Source: Candidatus Nomurabacteria bacterium (GTDB lineage: Bacteria > Patescibacteriota > Minisyncoccia > Phycocordibacterales > UBA9973). Taken from it: a stretch of 64,000 nt of DNA. Made by a program: the position numbers and the translations under genes. The stretch is from NCBI GenBank assembly GCA_023267375.1, contig JAHFNJ010000001.1:21878-85877 (forward strand). The letters run 5' to 3'. The stretch's first letter is position 1; every line of letters starts with the position of its first letter. Below the pieces are notes generated by a model, which was given only the letters and a program-made list of their open reading frames with translations, was not told where the DNA came from and did not search any database. Below are positions 9,337-17,268 of the stretch, piece after piece.

Positions 9337-10260
9337 CTACGCGGTATCCTGTAATCTTTGTAGCCGCACTTTCAGCTCATCTGCGGTAAGAGATTTGTTA
9401 CTGTGTGAAAAAGAAAGATATTTATTTATTTCAAAATGTAGATGTTGGCCATGCCCTTTTAGGGTTGCATTTTTACCCGTATGGCCCACGGTTCCTAATA
9501 TCTCTCCTTCAAGTACCAATTCTCCAGGCTCTACTGCAACCTCCTTCAAATGTGCGTAGCGATAAAACTCTTTTGTTTGATAATTGAATATTATAACCGT
9601 GTTGCCGCCTCTCATAGAACTTGATGATGTCTCATCATTTGGTTTCCACCCCCTATCTGCCACCATAACTATACCACCACCAATAGCATATATTGGAGCT
9701 TGTTCGTGGGTAAACAAGTCTACTGCATCTTTATGATTTTCTCCTTTTCCAAAACTAAATTTCTGAAGAGGTACTTTTTCCTTACTTGATATTTTTTTAT
9801 TCTTAAGACGTTCTTTGTCTTTTGTTACTTGCTCAAGATAGCCTAAGTATGCGGCTCTAAAGTCAGGGGTAATAAGGCTTTTCACTTCTGCCATAATTTT
9901 TTCCGGTATAAAATGCTGCCGCGAAGGGTCTGTTGTTTCTGAAAGAAACCGTTGGGAGTAATACAGCAACGACGCCAAATAAGCATTGTCTTTGACTTTC
10001 TCATACCTTTTATTGGAGATAATATCTTTTATTTTTTGAACCTGATCAGCAATAAATGCTTCCGGCGTCATATTTTTTTCCTTAGAGATCACCCCCTCAG
10101 CCTTAGAAATAACTGGACCGAGAGCTACAGCGGTTCCCAAAATTGCCAACTTCTTAAGAAAACCGCGACGAGAATTATCTACCACTGGTTCTTCTGGGAA
10201 CTTATCTATATGCTCGTTATTTGTAGAATCATTAAACTGCTTTGATTCGAGATTGCTCAT
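9337..10260 (-). CDS. M23 family metallopeptidase with a twin-arginine-like motif
   Basis: HKDAVD, YRYAHL, GHTG, HLHFEI zinc-site motifs. SRRGFLKK plus hydrophobic stretch near the N-terminus. Confidence 0.85.
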   Translation of the reverse strand: MSNLESKQFNDSTNNEHIDKFPEEPVVDNSRRGFLKKLAILGTAVALGPVISKAEGVISKEKNMTPEAFIADQVQKIKDIISNKRYEKVKDNAYLASLLYYSQRFLSETTDPSRQHFIPEKIMAEVKSLITPDFRAAYLGYLEQVTKDKERLKNKKISSKEKVPLQKFSFGKGENHKDAVDLFTHEQAPIYAIGGGIVMVADRGWKPNDETSSSSMRGGNTVIIFNYQTKEFYRYAHLKEVAVEPGELVLEGEILGTVGHTGKNATLKGHGQHLHFEINKYLSFSHSNKSLTADELKVRLQRLQDTA

Positions 10261-10373
10261 ATTATAAGAAAATAATATCAGTAACATCACCATACTGCAA
10301 CGTACTTTGAAATATACTACGAATAAGCTATAGTTTTAAAAAAAATAAATCTAAACTTCAAACCCCTACCGCC

Positions 10374-10754
10374 ATGAAAGAAATCGTCCAATTTATGTAC
10401 CTTGTACTTTTTACATTATCTCTACATCTTTTTTCTGATCAGTTAGGAGTAACACCAACTATTCAGAAAATACTATTTCACTCCTTCAGTTTTACACTAC
10501 TTTTATTCCTCTACTACCTTGTTTACCGCAAGACATACTACGGCCCGGAACTGCCAAGATGGACATACGTAATCATATATCCTAATGCGATTGTCTATGC
10601 CACAGTGATATGCTTGTTTCTATTTGGTTTTGGAGTACCACCGAGTAGTAGCGGAGGATGGATAATGGCAATCATTTTTGCAGTTATGTTTACTATTATA
10701 ATTGCAACAATATACGCAGTTAAAAATTTCAGAGAAATCTGGGGTGATTTGTAA
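10374..10754 (+). CDS. Orphan 4-TM membrane protein (stand-alone cassette)
   Basis: 126-aa hydrophobic ORF, upstream TTGAAA-N16-TATAGT, downstream hairpin at 10788-10820. Confidence 0.75.
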   Translation: MKEIVQFMYLVLFTLSLHLFSDQLGVTPTIQKILFHSFSFTLLLFLYYLVYRKTYYGPELPRWTYVIIYPNAIVYATVICLFLFGFGVPPSSSGGWIMAIIFAVMFTIIIATIYAVKNFREIWGDL

Positions 10755-10841
10755 AAATAGTAAATGGTAAAAATGTATACTAAAACAAAAAACCTTCCTG
10801 TTTTTATGGGGAGGTTTTTTTATTTCTCATTCAATTATTTT

Positions 10842-11954
10842 TTAAAACAACTTCACAATATCGTGATAGGTCACCACAAGCATCAGGATGATAAGAAGTG
10901 CGAAACCAACACTATTGAATGCATTGGCAATTTTAGGAGTAATGCGTGAACCCTTTATTTTTTCAATCAACAAAAAGAGTAATCGCCCACCATCAAGCGC
11001 AGGAAATGGAATAAAATTAATAACCGCAAGATTTATAGAAATGAGCGCGGTGAATGAAAGCAGATACACGAATCCGAAATGCGCAGCGTCACCAACAACT
11101 CCAACGATACCAACAGGTCCAGTTATAGAAGAAAGCGATCCGTGTCCAGTCACAGCATCTTTAATCAAATGATAGAGAGATGCTGCTGTTGCCCCAGTCA
11201 CTCGTGCTGTCATCGTCAGTCCTTCCCAAATAGCCTTATGCACTGGCAATTTAAGTGTACCAATCATCCCCATCGAAATACCAATTGCTGCTTTTTCTTT
11301 ATCATCAGGAATCACATTTTGTGCCGGTGTCACTGGAATAACAGTATGTTCTGTTCCGCGAACGACATCAATTTCAAGAGGGACTGTATCGTGCGCTGCG
11401 ATAAATTTCTGGAAGACATCTACTTCGGGCGTCACTAGCCCGCCATCCTTTTCTCCTACAATCGTCACTGCAGAAATTTTGTCGCCAATTTTCAATCCCG
11501 CTTGTTCAGCAGGTGTCCCCTTTGAAACTGAGGTTATAGTAAGTGCAGCATTATCAATATACTTGTTATCATAGCCAGAATCTAAAGCAGAAGGCATACC
11601 AGAAATAAATCCAACAGAGAACAAGAGCCACGCAAGCAGTAAATTGAAAAAAATACCAGCAAACAACACCATGGCCTGTACGCGAGCAGGCTTATTTACA
11701 AAACTACGACTGGCATCAGGTCCAGAGATTGATTCATCGTCGGGATTTTCTCCAAAAATTTTCACATACCCGCCAAGCGGTAACGCATTAAATGCATATG
11801 TTGTCTCCCCTTTCTTTTTAGAAAAAAGGCGTGGTGGAAAACCGAATGCAAATTCATCCACACGAATACCTGATTTTTTGGCAGTAATAAAATGCCCGAA
11901 CTCGTGAACAAGTACGAGCACTAAAAGTATAAGTAAAAAGATTAATATGTTCAT
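10842..11954 (-). CDS. rseP: RIP metalloprotease RseP (site-2 protease with PDZ domain)
   Basis: HEFGH, GFPPRL, PLGGYVKI, NFIPFPALDGG. Confidence 0.96.
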   Translation of the reverse strand: MNILIFLLILLVLVLVHEFGHFITAKKSGIRVDEFAFGFPPRLFSKKKGETTYAFNALPLGGYVKIFGENPDDESISGPDASRSFVNKPARVQAMVLFAGIFFNLLLAWLLFSVGFISGMPSALDSGYDNKYIDNAALTITSVSKGTPAEQAGLKIGDKISAVTIVGEKDGGLVTPEVDVFQKFIAAHDTVPLEIDVVRGTEHTVIPVTPAQNVIPDDKEKAAIGISMGMIGTLKLPVHKAIWEGLTMTARVTGATAASLYHLIKDAVTGHGSLSSITGPVGIVGVVGDAAHFGFVYLLSFTALISINLAVINFIPFPALDGGRLLFLLIEKIKGSRITPKIANAFNSVGFALLIILMLVVTYHDIVKLF

Positions 11955-11959
11955 TAGAT

Positions 11960-11994
11960 TAGGTTTTAGGTTCTAGTTGCTAGGTTCTAGTTTA
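11960..11994. repeat. Heptamer tandem tract (TAGGTTC-like), left flank of the four-helix-bundle gene
   Basis: TAGGTTT TAGGTTC TAGTTGC TAGGTTC TAGTTTA. Confidence 0.8.
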
Positions 11995-12335
11995 TTAATA
12001 ATAGTTCGTAACATTTTACTTACTTCTTCAAGTAACGGCAATGACTCATCGACAGAAATACTATACAAATCCCTGCAAAGAAGTAGTTGGGTCTCAAGTT
12101 CTGCAGCAGATCCATACGCTAAATGCAGAAACTGGCAATAATCCTTTCTTGTTTTTCTATTACTACCTTCAGCAATATTGGATACGATTGAGACTGCAGA
12201 TCGGCGCACCTGAGATTGAAGTGCATATACTTCGGAATTTGGAAGTTTAATACTTATCTTGTAAACAATTTTTACCAACTCATATCCTTTCTGCCAAACA
12301 ATTAGATCTTTGTATGATTTTATTTTTGTATCCAT
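11973..12335 (-). CDS. Four-helix-bundle protein (23S rRNA IVP / TIGR02436-like family)
   Basis: SYKDLIVWQK, P.SEVYAL.SQVRRSAVSIVSNIAEG, FLHLAYGSAAELETQL. Confidence 0.93.
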   Translation of the reverse strand: MDTKIKSYKDLIVWQKGYELVKIVYKISIKLPNSEVYALQSQVRRSAVSIVSNIAEGSNRKTRKDYCQFLHLAYGSAAELETQLLLCRDLYSISVDESLPLLEEVSKMLRTIINKLEPSN

Positions 12336-12370
12336 ACTAGAAACCTAGCCCCTAGTAACTAGAACCTAAT
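12336..12370. repeat. Heptamer tandem tract, inverted relative to the left flank
   Basis: Minus strand reads TAGGTTC TAGTTAC TAGGGGC TAGGTTTC TAGT, then ATG. Confidence 0.8.
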
Positions 12371-12917
12371 TCATTACCTCCTTCTGTTTCTTCTCAAACA
12401 TTGCTTCAAGTGTTTTGTTTGCCTCATCAACGAGTTTCTGGAGTTCATCTTTACTCTTAAATTTCTCATCTTCGGTCAATGCTCCGTCTTTTTCGCGTTG
12501 CTGAATATCGTTCCAGGTTTTTTCACGGTCTTGCTTTACCGCAATGCGTGCCTCTTCAAGACGTTCTTTCAAGATTTTTACCAAGCGTTCGCGAGTTTCA
12601 GTCGTGAGCATTGGGAAAATCACCCGAAGCCCTGCATCATCGGTCGCAACCGAAAGACCCAAGTTCGCAGCAACGATAGCCTTTTCCACATCCTTAACCT
12701 GATTTTTGTCCCATGGGGCAATGCGGAGTGTTTTTGGATCCTCAATAGTGATTGAACCAATATTCTTAAGCGGTTGGAGGGCTCCATAAACAGAGACCAT
12801 CACGCCATCCAAAATGGCCGGCGTTGCACGACCAGTGTGTAATTGCGAGTACTCCTTGGCGAGCCACTCTTCTGACTTTTTTTCTTGTTGTTTAAATAGT
12901 GCGAAGTTATATTGCAT
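12366..12917 (-). CDS. frr: Ribosome recycling factor
   Basis: HTGRATPAILD, I.PWDK..VKDVEKAI, P.LTTETR..LVK. Confidence 0.96.
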   Translation of the reverse strand: MQYNFALFKQQEKKSEEWLAKEYSQLHTGRATPAILDGVMVSVYGALQPLKNIGSITIEDPKTLRIAPWDKNQVKDVEKAIVAANLGLSVATDDAGLRVIFPMLTTETRERLVKILKERLEEARIAVKQDREKTWNDIQQREKDGALTEDEKFKSKDELQKLVDEANKTLEAMFEKKQKEVMN

Positions 12918-13027
12918 GTGTCTATTATAGCAGAAAAAATAAAAAAGTGATTTGTTGACAAGTGGTTTTTTATATTCTAAGGTATAGCAAATTGTTTTAT
13001 ATTGTCTTACCTTAAAAAAATACCCCT

Positions 13028-13441
13028 ATGAAAAAAGATTCTAAAAATCTAATGACTGTTTTACTTGGTGATTTAAAAAATGGCATTCGTGCACATTTTG
13101 CAGATTCCGCTATTAAGAACAGCGCACTCAAAGAAGAAACCTTTTTACTATCCGCCAATGGTGTCGTACATTATCACCGTAAATGGATTTTTGAAAAATC
13201 AAACGATGGGTGCGATGAGATTAAACAGCATACAATACTTATCTCCAGAACTAAACTGGAAGAAATTATGTTACATTCTGCTATCACCGTATTCAAGCTG
13301 CCAAATACGGAACATCAGAAATGGGAACATGTCGATCCGGTATGGAGTGATCTAAATTTTAATCACAAATCTGATGCGGCTCCCATTTTTACATCAACCC
13401 TGAAGCAGGTAATTAAAAAAGATAGCGTCACCGCTGAATAA
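13028..13441 (+). CDS. Orphan hypothetical protein (stand-alone cassette)
   Basis: 137-aa ORF, TTGACA-N17-TAAGGT upstream, bidirectional terminator at 13462-13488. Confidence 0.7.
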   Translation: MKKDSKNLMTVLLGDLKNGIRAHFADSAIKNSALKEETFLLSANGVVHYHRKWIFEKSNDGCDEIKQHTILISRTKLEEIMLHSAITVFKLPNTEHQKWEHVDPVWSDLNFNHKSDAAPIFTSTLKQVIKKDSVTAE

Positions 13442-13487
13442 TCTTACTGAATTAATTTTTTAAAAAAGCCCCGCATGTGCGGGGCTT

Positions 13488-14213
13488 TTACTTTTCCGGC
13501 ATCAAAAGTGCCACCGATTCTAAGAGCATTTTAACTGATGCTCCAGGTGTCTGCAGATATTCTCGAGACTTCCCTATTTGCTGAAATGCCATTTTTTCCG
13601 TATCAGTAAGTATGCTCATTTTTCCACCTTCATGGAGTACAAATTCAATACTATTTAAAAGCGAAACAGCCTGCGCACGGAGCGCGCCAAATTCGTCATC
13701 ATTTTCATGTGCTTTGATCAAAGATGCGACATGTTTCAATCGTGCTGGTTTTTTCATTGCTAAAAATTCACTTCCCGCTTTTGTACTTTTATTTTCTTCG
13801 GTGCTTCGGATATGCACGAGTCGTGATGCCAGCGTTTCCAAGAGCGCACCAATACGCGGAACGATTATGAAAAAATGAACATTTTGCGCGGGCTCTTCAA
13901 ATACTTTCAAAAGCGCCTGTTGTGCTTCACTGTTAAAAAAATCAGTTTGGATAATAAAAAATTTCTTACCCGATTGGATAGACGTACCACTTCCGATAGC
14001 TCGCTCCCCTTGCCGCGCTTTCAGCTGGCGACCATTTTCGATGGTAAACGTACTATATTTTTCAATGATGAGGTCAGGGTTACCGTGAATAGCAATATTC
14101 GCATTTTCAAAAAAGATAAGCAGGTTCGGCAAAACAACTTCCGAATTACCCTCAAGCAAATATGCATGGTGGAGAGAATTGATGTCTATAGATTGTGCAA
14201 GCTCTTCGAGCAT
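13488..14213 (-). CDS. holB: DNA polymerase III delta'-like protein (short, divergent)
   Basis: LHHAYLLEG, EAQQALLKVFEEP, LLETLASR. Confidence 0.75.
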   Translation of the reverse strand: MLEELAQSIDINSLHHAYLLEGNSEVVLPNLLIFFENANIAIHGNPDLIIEKYSTFTIENGRQLKARQGERAIGSGTSIQSGKKFFIIQTDFFNSEAQQALLKVFEEPAQNVHFFIIVPRIGALLETLASRLVHIRSTEENKSTKAGSEFLAMKKPARLKHVASLIKAHENDDEFGALRAQAVSLLNSIEFVLHEGGKMSILTDTEKMAFQQIGKSREYLQTPGASVKMLLESVALLMPEK

Positions 14214-14224
14214 TGAGATAAAAA

Positions 14225-15238
14225 TTACCGCTTTGATATGATTGTCTTCTTATACATATCGAGGTGATCAAGTGCAACACCGGTGCCGTTTACCACACAG
14301 TACAGTGCTTCATCGGCAAGACGTGCTTTTACCCCTGTCTTGCGATACACAAGATCCGGGAAATTACGAAGCTGCGAAGTTCCCCCAGTCATAATGATGC
14401 CTTGATCAATAATGTCTGATGCGAGTTCGGGTGGCGTTTCCTGGAGCACCGCTTTGATCGCCTGTACGATTTGCTTCAATTCTTTATCAATCGCGCGAAC
14501 AATTTCATTTGTTGAGACCTGAGCAGAGCGCGGCAGACCCTGAATGAAATCGCGTCCTTTGATTGTCATTGTTAACTCTTCTTCAAGCGGAATGGCTGCA
14601 CCAATTTTTATTTTTACATCTTCAGCAGTTTTATCGCCGATCGCTAAGTTGAATGTTTTTTTGATATAGTCCGCAATCGCAGCATCAATTTTATTTCCCG
14701 CGCATTTTACTGACGTAGATGCAACGATACCTCCCAAGGAAATCACCGCAACGTCAGTCGTACCGCCGCCAATATCGACGATCATGTGTCCGCGTGATTC
14801 TTGAATTGGAATACCCGCACCAATCGCTGCCAAAATCGGCTCTTTCACCACGTAAGCATTTTTTGCACCAGCTTTTATTGCTGCTTCAACCACGGCGCGA
14901 CGTTCAGTCGATGTCACGCCAGCTGGCACAGAAATCATCACATCTGGTTTAAACAAATTGAATGGGCCGAGCGCTTTCGTAATGAAGTAACGAAGCATTG
15001 CTTCAGTGACTCGGTAGTCGGCGATCACGCCATCTTTCATAGGACGATATGCAATAATGCTTTCCGGTGTTTTTCCGATCATTTCTTTCGCTTCTACCCC
15101 GATCGCTAAAATTCGATTGTCTTGCTCTGAAACCGCTACCACCGAAGGCTCATTGAGCACAACGCCTTTTCCAGGAAGGAACACGAGTGTGTTGGCGGTC
15201 CCCAAATCAATACCTAGTTTTTTAGTAAAAAGCGCCAT
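14225..15238 (-). CDS. mreB: Rod shape-determining protein MreB
   Basis: GIDLGTANT, NEPSVVA, RPMKDGVIAD, VDIGGGTT. Confidence 0.97.
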   Translation of the reverse strand: MALFTKKLGIDLGTANTLVFLPGKGVVLNEPSVVAVSEQDNRILAIGVEAKEMIGKTPESIIAYRPMKDGVIADYRVTEAMLRYFITKALGPFNLFKPDVMISVPAGVTSTERRAVVEAAIKAGAKNAYVVKEPILAAIGAGIPIQESRGHMIVDIGGGTTDVAVISLGGIVASTSVKCAGNKIDAAIADYIKKTFNLAIGDKTAEDVKIKIGAAIPLEEELTMTIKGRDFIQGLPRSAQVSTNEIVRAIDKELKQIVQAIKAVLQETPPELASDIIDQGIIMTGGTSQLRNFPDLVYRKTGVKARLADEALYCVVNGTGVALDHLDMYKKTIISKR

Positions 15239-15335
15239 ATATAGTAGATAGAATATAGCACGATACTTCCGAGAGACAAAAAGTGGATCGTTTGATAATA
15301 CGTAAAATATATTATATAATTCGCAACATCAATTT

Positions 15336-16640
15336 ATGGCAAGTTTAAAGATACAAGGCGGGAAAAAACTAAGCGGCGAAATCATTCCGCAAGGAACAAA
15401 AAACGAAGCGCTCGAAGTCTTGTGCGCAACATTACTCACTGATGAAGAAATCCGGATCGAAAATGTTCCGGATATTTTGGATATACAAAACCTTCTCACG
15501 GTGCTTGAAAAATTGGGAGTAACTATTACAAAAGAAGATGCGCACACCTATACGTTTCGCGCACAGAATATTAACGTTGACTATTTAAATGGTAATGGCG
15601 ACATCGCCGAAGCAGCAACGATCCGTGGCTCACTCATGGTTGCGGGACCGCTTCTTGGCCGTTTTGGAAAAGCATACATGCCGAAGCCGGGCGGAGACAA
15701 AATTGGTCGCCGCAGACTCGATGCTCATATTTTCGGATTTGAAAAATTAGGAGCGACCGTAGCACGCTCAGAAAAAACAAATGCATACCTCATCTCGGCC
15801 CACAAACTCACTGGTGCAGATATTCTTTTTGATTATGCCTCTGTCACTGGAACAGCAAATACTATTATGGCAGCAGTACTCGCAGAAGGTACAACCACAC
15901 TCTACAACGCAGCGTGCGAACCCCACGTCCAACAATTATGCAGAATGCTAAACTCTATGGGCGCGCAGATCTCTGGTATTGGTTCAAACATGCTTGCAAT
16001 TACTGGTGTAGAAAAATTAAAAGGCTGCACGCACCGCATATTGCCCGACATGATTGAAATTGGTAGCTTCATCGGACTTGCCGCAATGACCGGCTCTGCG
16101 CTTACCATAAAAGATGCGGATTACGGACACCTGGGAAACATTCTTCCAACATTTCGCAAACTTGGTATTCAGATACAACAGGAAGGAAAAGATATCATCA
16201 TTCCAACACAAGAACACTACGCTATAGAAAAATTCTTAGATGGATCAATCTACACACTCATGGATGCAGTGTGGCCAGCCTTCCCTGCAGACTTGCTCTC
16301 AGTAGTACTCGTCGTTGCAACACAGGCAAAAGGAAGTATGCTAATCCATCAATCAATGTTTGAGAGCAGACTTTTCTTTGTTGATAAATTGATCGACATG
16401 GGTGCACAGATTATTTTATGTGATCCGCATCGTGCAGTTGTTGTCGGACTCGATCATGAAAGTTCTCTTCGCGGCATTACCATGTCATCTCCAGATATTC
16501 GCGCCGGCGTTGCACTCTTGATCGCCGCACTTTCCGCAAATGGAGAAAGCACTATTCACAATAGCGAACAAATCGATCGCGGCTATGAACGTATCGCTGA
16601 ACGACTTTCACTACTCGGAGCAAAAATTGAACGTTTTTAA
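15336..16640 (+). CDS. murA: UDP-N-acetylglucosamine 1-carboxyvinyltransferase (Asp-type active-site loop)
   Basis: G.KNEAL, PGGDKIGRRRLD, SVTGT.N, NAACEPH, FESRL, DIRAG, IDRGYE. Confidence 0.96.
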   Translation: MASLKIQGGKKLSGEIIPQGTKNEALEVLCATLLTDEEIRIENVPDILDIQNLLTVLEKLGVTITKEDAHTYTFRAQNINVDYLNGNGDIAEAATIRGSLMVAGPLLGRFGKAYMPKPGGDKIGRRRLDAHIFGFEKLGATVARSEKTNAYLISAHKLTGADILFDYASVTGTANTIMAAVLAEGTTTLYNAACEPHVQQLCRMLNSMGAQISGIGSNMLAITGVEKLKGCTHRILPDMIEIGSFIGLAAMTGSALTIKDADYGHLGNILPTFRKLGIQIQQEGKDIIIPTQEHYAIEKFLDGSIYTLMDAVWPAFPADLLSVVLVVATQAKGSMLIHQSMFESRLFFVDKLIDMGAQIILCDPHRAVVVGLDHESSLRGITMSSPDIRAGVALLIAALSANGESTIHNSEQIDRGYERIAERLSLLGAKIERF

Positions 16641-16709
16641 AAAATTAAATAAAAAGAAACCCGCCCTGCGTAAGCAAGACGGGTTTTTTGTTTTTGTTTC
16701 CCTTTTTTT

Positions 16710-17087
16710 TCAATTATTTTTTTGTAATACATCCAGCTCTTTCTTAAAAAAGAGGATGTGGCGGCGATTTTCTTCGATTGTCATTAGCATTCCTGCAAAG
16801 AAACGTGAGATAACAATCACAAGAATAAAACCGATTGGAAAAAGAAACGATTCGACAACAGCCAAATCATTTGCTCTTCCAATAAAATAACTGAGGAAAA
16901 TGATAAGAGTAACTCCTGCACCAACAGGGGTAAGCACTTCAAACAATTTCTTGAAGCCAGTTCTTAATTGAGAAACCAGCGAATCAAGAATCACCACGAT
17001 TGGTGAGGGGCCAGCGGTAACTGCTTGGGAGTAATTCCATAATAATTGAGCGACTACAATATTCGCCCGCTTTTTTAATCTTTTCAT
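16710..17087 (-). CDS. Orphan 2-TM membrane protein (stand-alone cassette)
   Basis: Two hydrophobic helices, TTGACT-N16-TATTAT upstream on the minus strand. Converges on the murA terminator (16657-16688). Start moved to MKRLK. Confidence 0.65.
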   Translation of the reverse strand: MKRLKKRANIVVAQLLWNYSQAVTAGPSPIVVILDSLVSQLRTGFKKLFEVLTPVGAGVTLIIFLSYFIGRANDLAVVESFLFPIGFILVIVISRFFAGMLMTIEENRRHILFFKKELDVLQKNN

Positions 17088-17268
17088 TTTACTTTTTTGG
17101 GGTTTTTGGGGGTTGAACACTATTATACTGTAAAAATAACAAGCCTAAATAATAGCATTCCATACCAAAAAGTCAAGCATCTTTTGCGTTAAAATGCCAA
17201 TATTTAAAGGATTTACTGGTTAAATGTACCCTTCTCCTTTAAGGAGAGTGTGATACACTAGCACTCGT

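Noticed and set aside
11973-12335. Avd-like protein as evidence of a diversity-generating retroelement here
   Set aside because: No reverse transcriptase and no template/variable repeat pair in the window. The motifs fit the 23S-IVP four-helix family.
13965-14000. Possible degenerate palindromic insert in the holB-like gene (GSGTSIQSG)
   Set aside because: The pairing is too weak to distinguish from chance without orthologue alignments.
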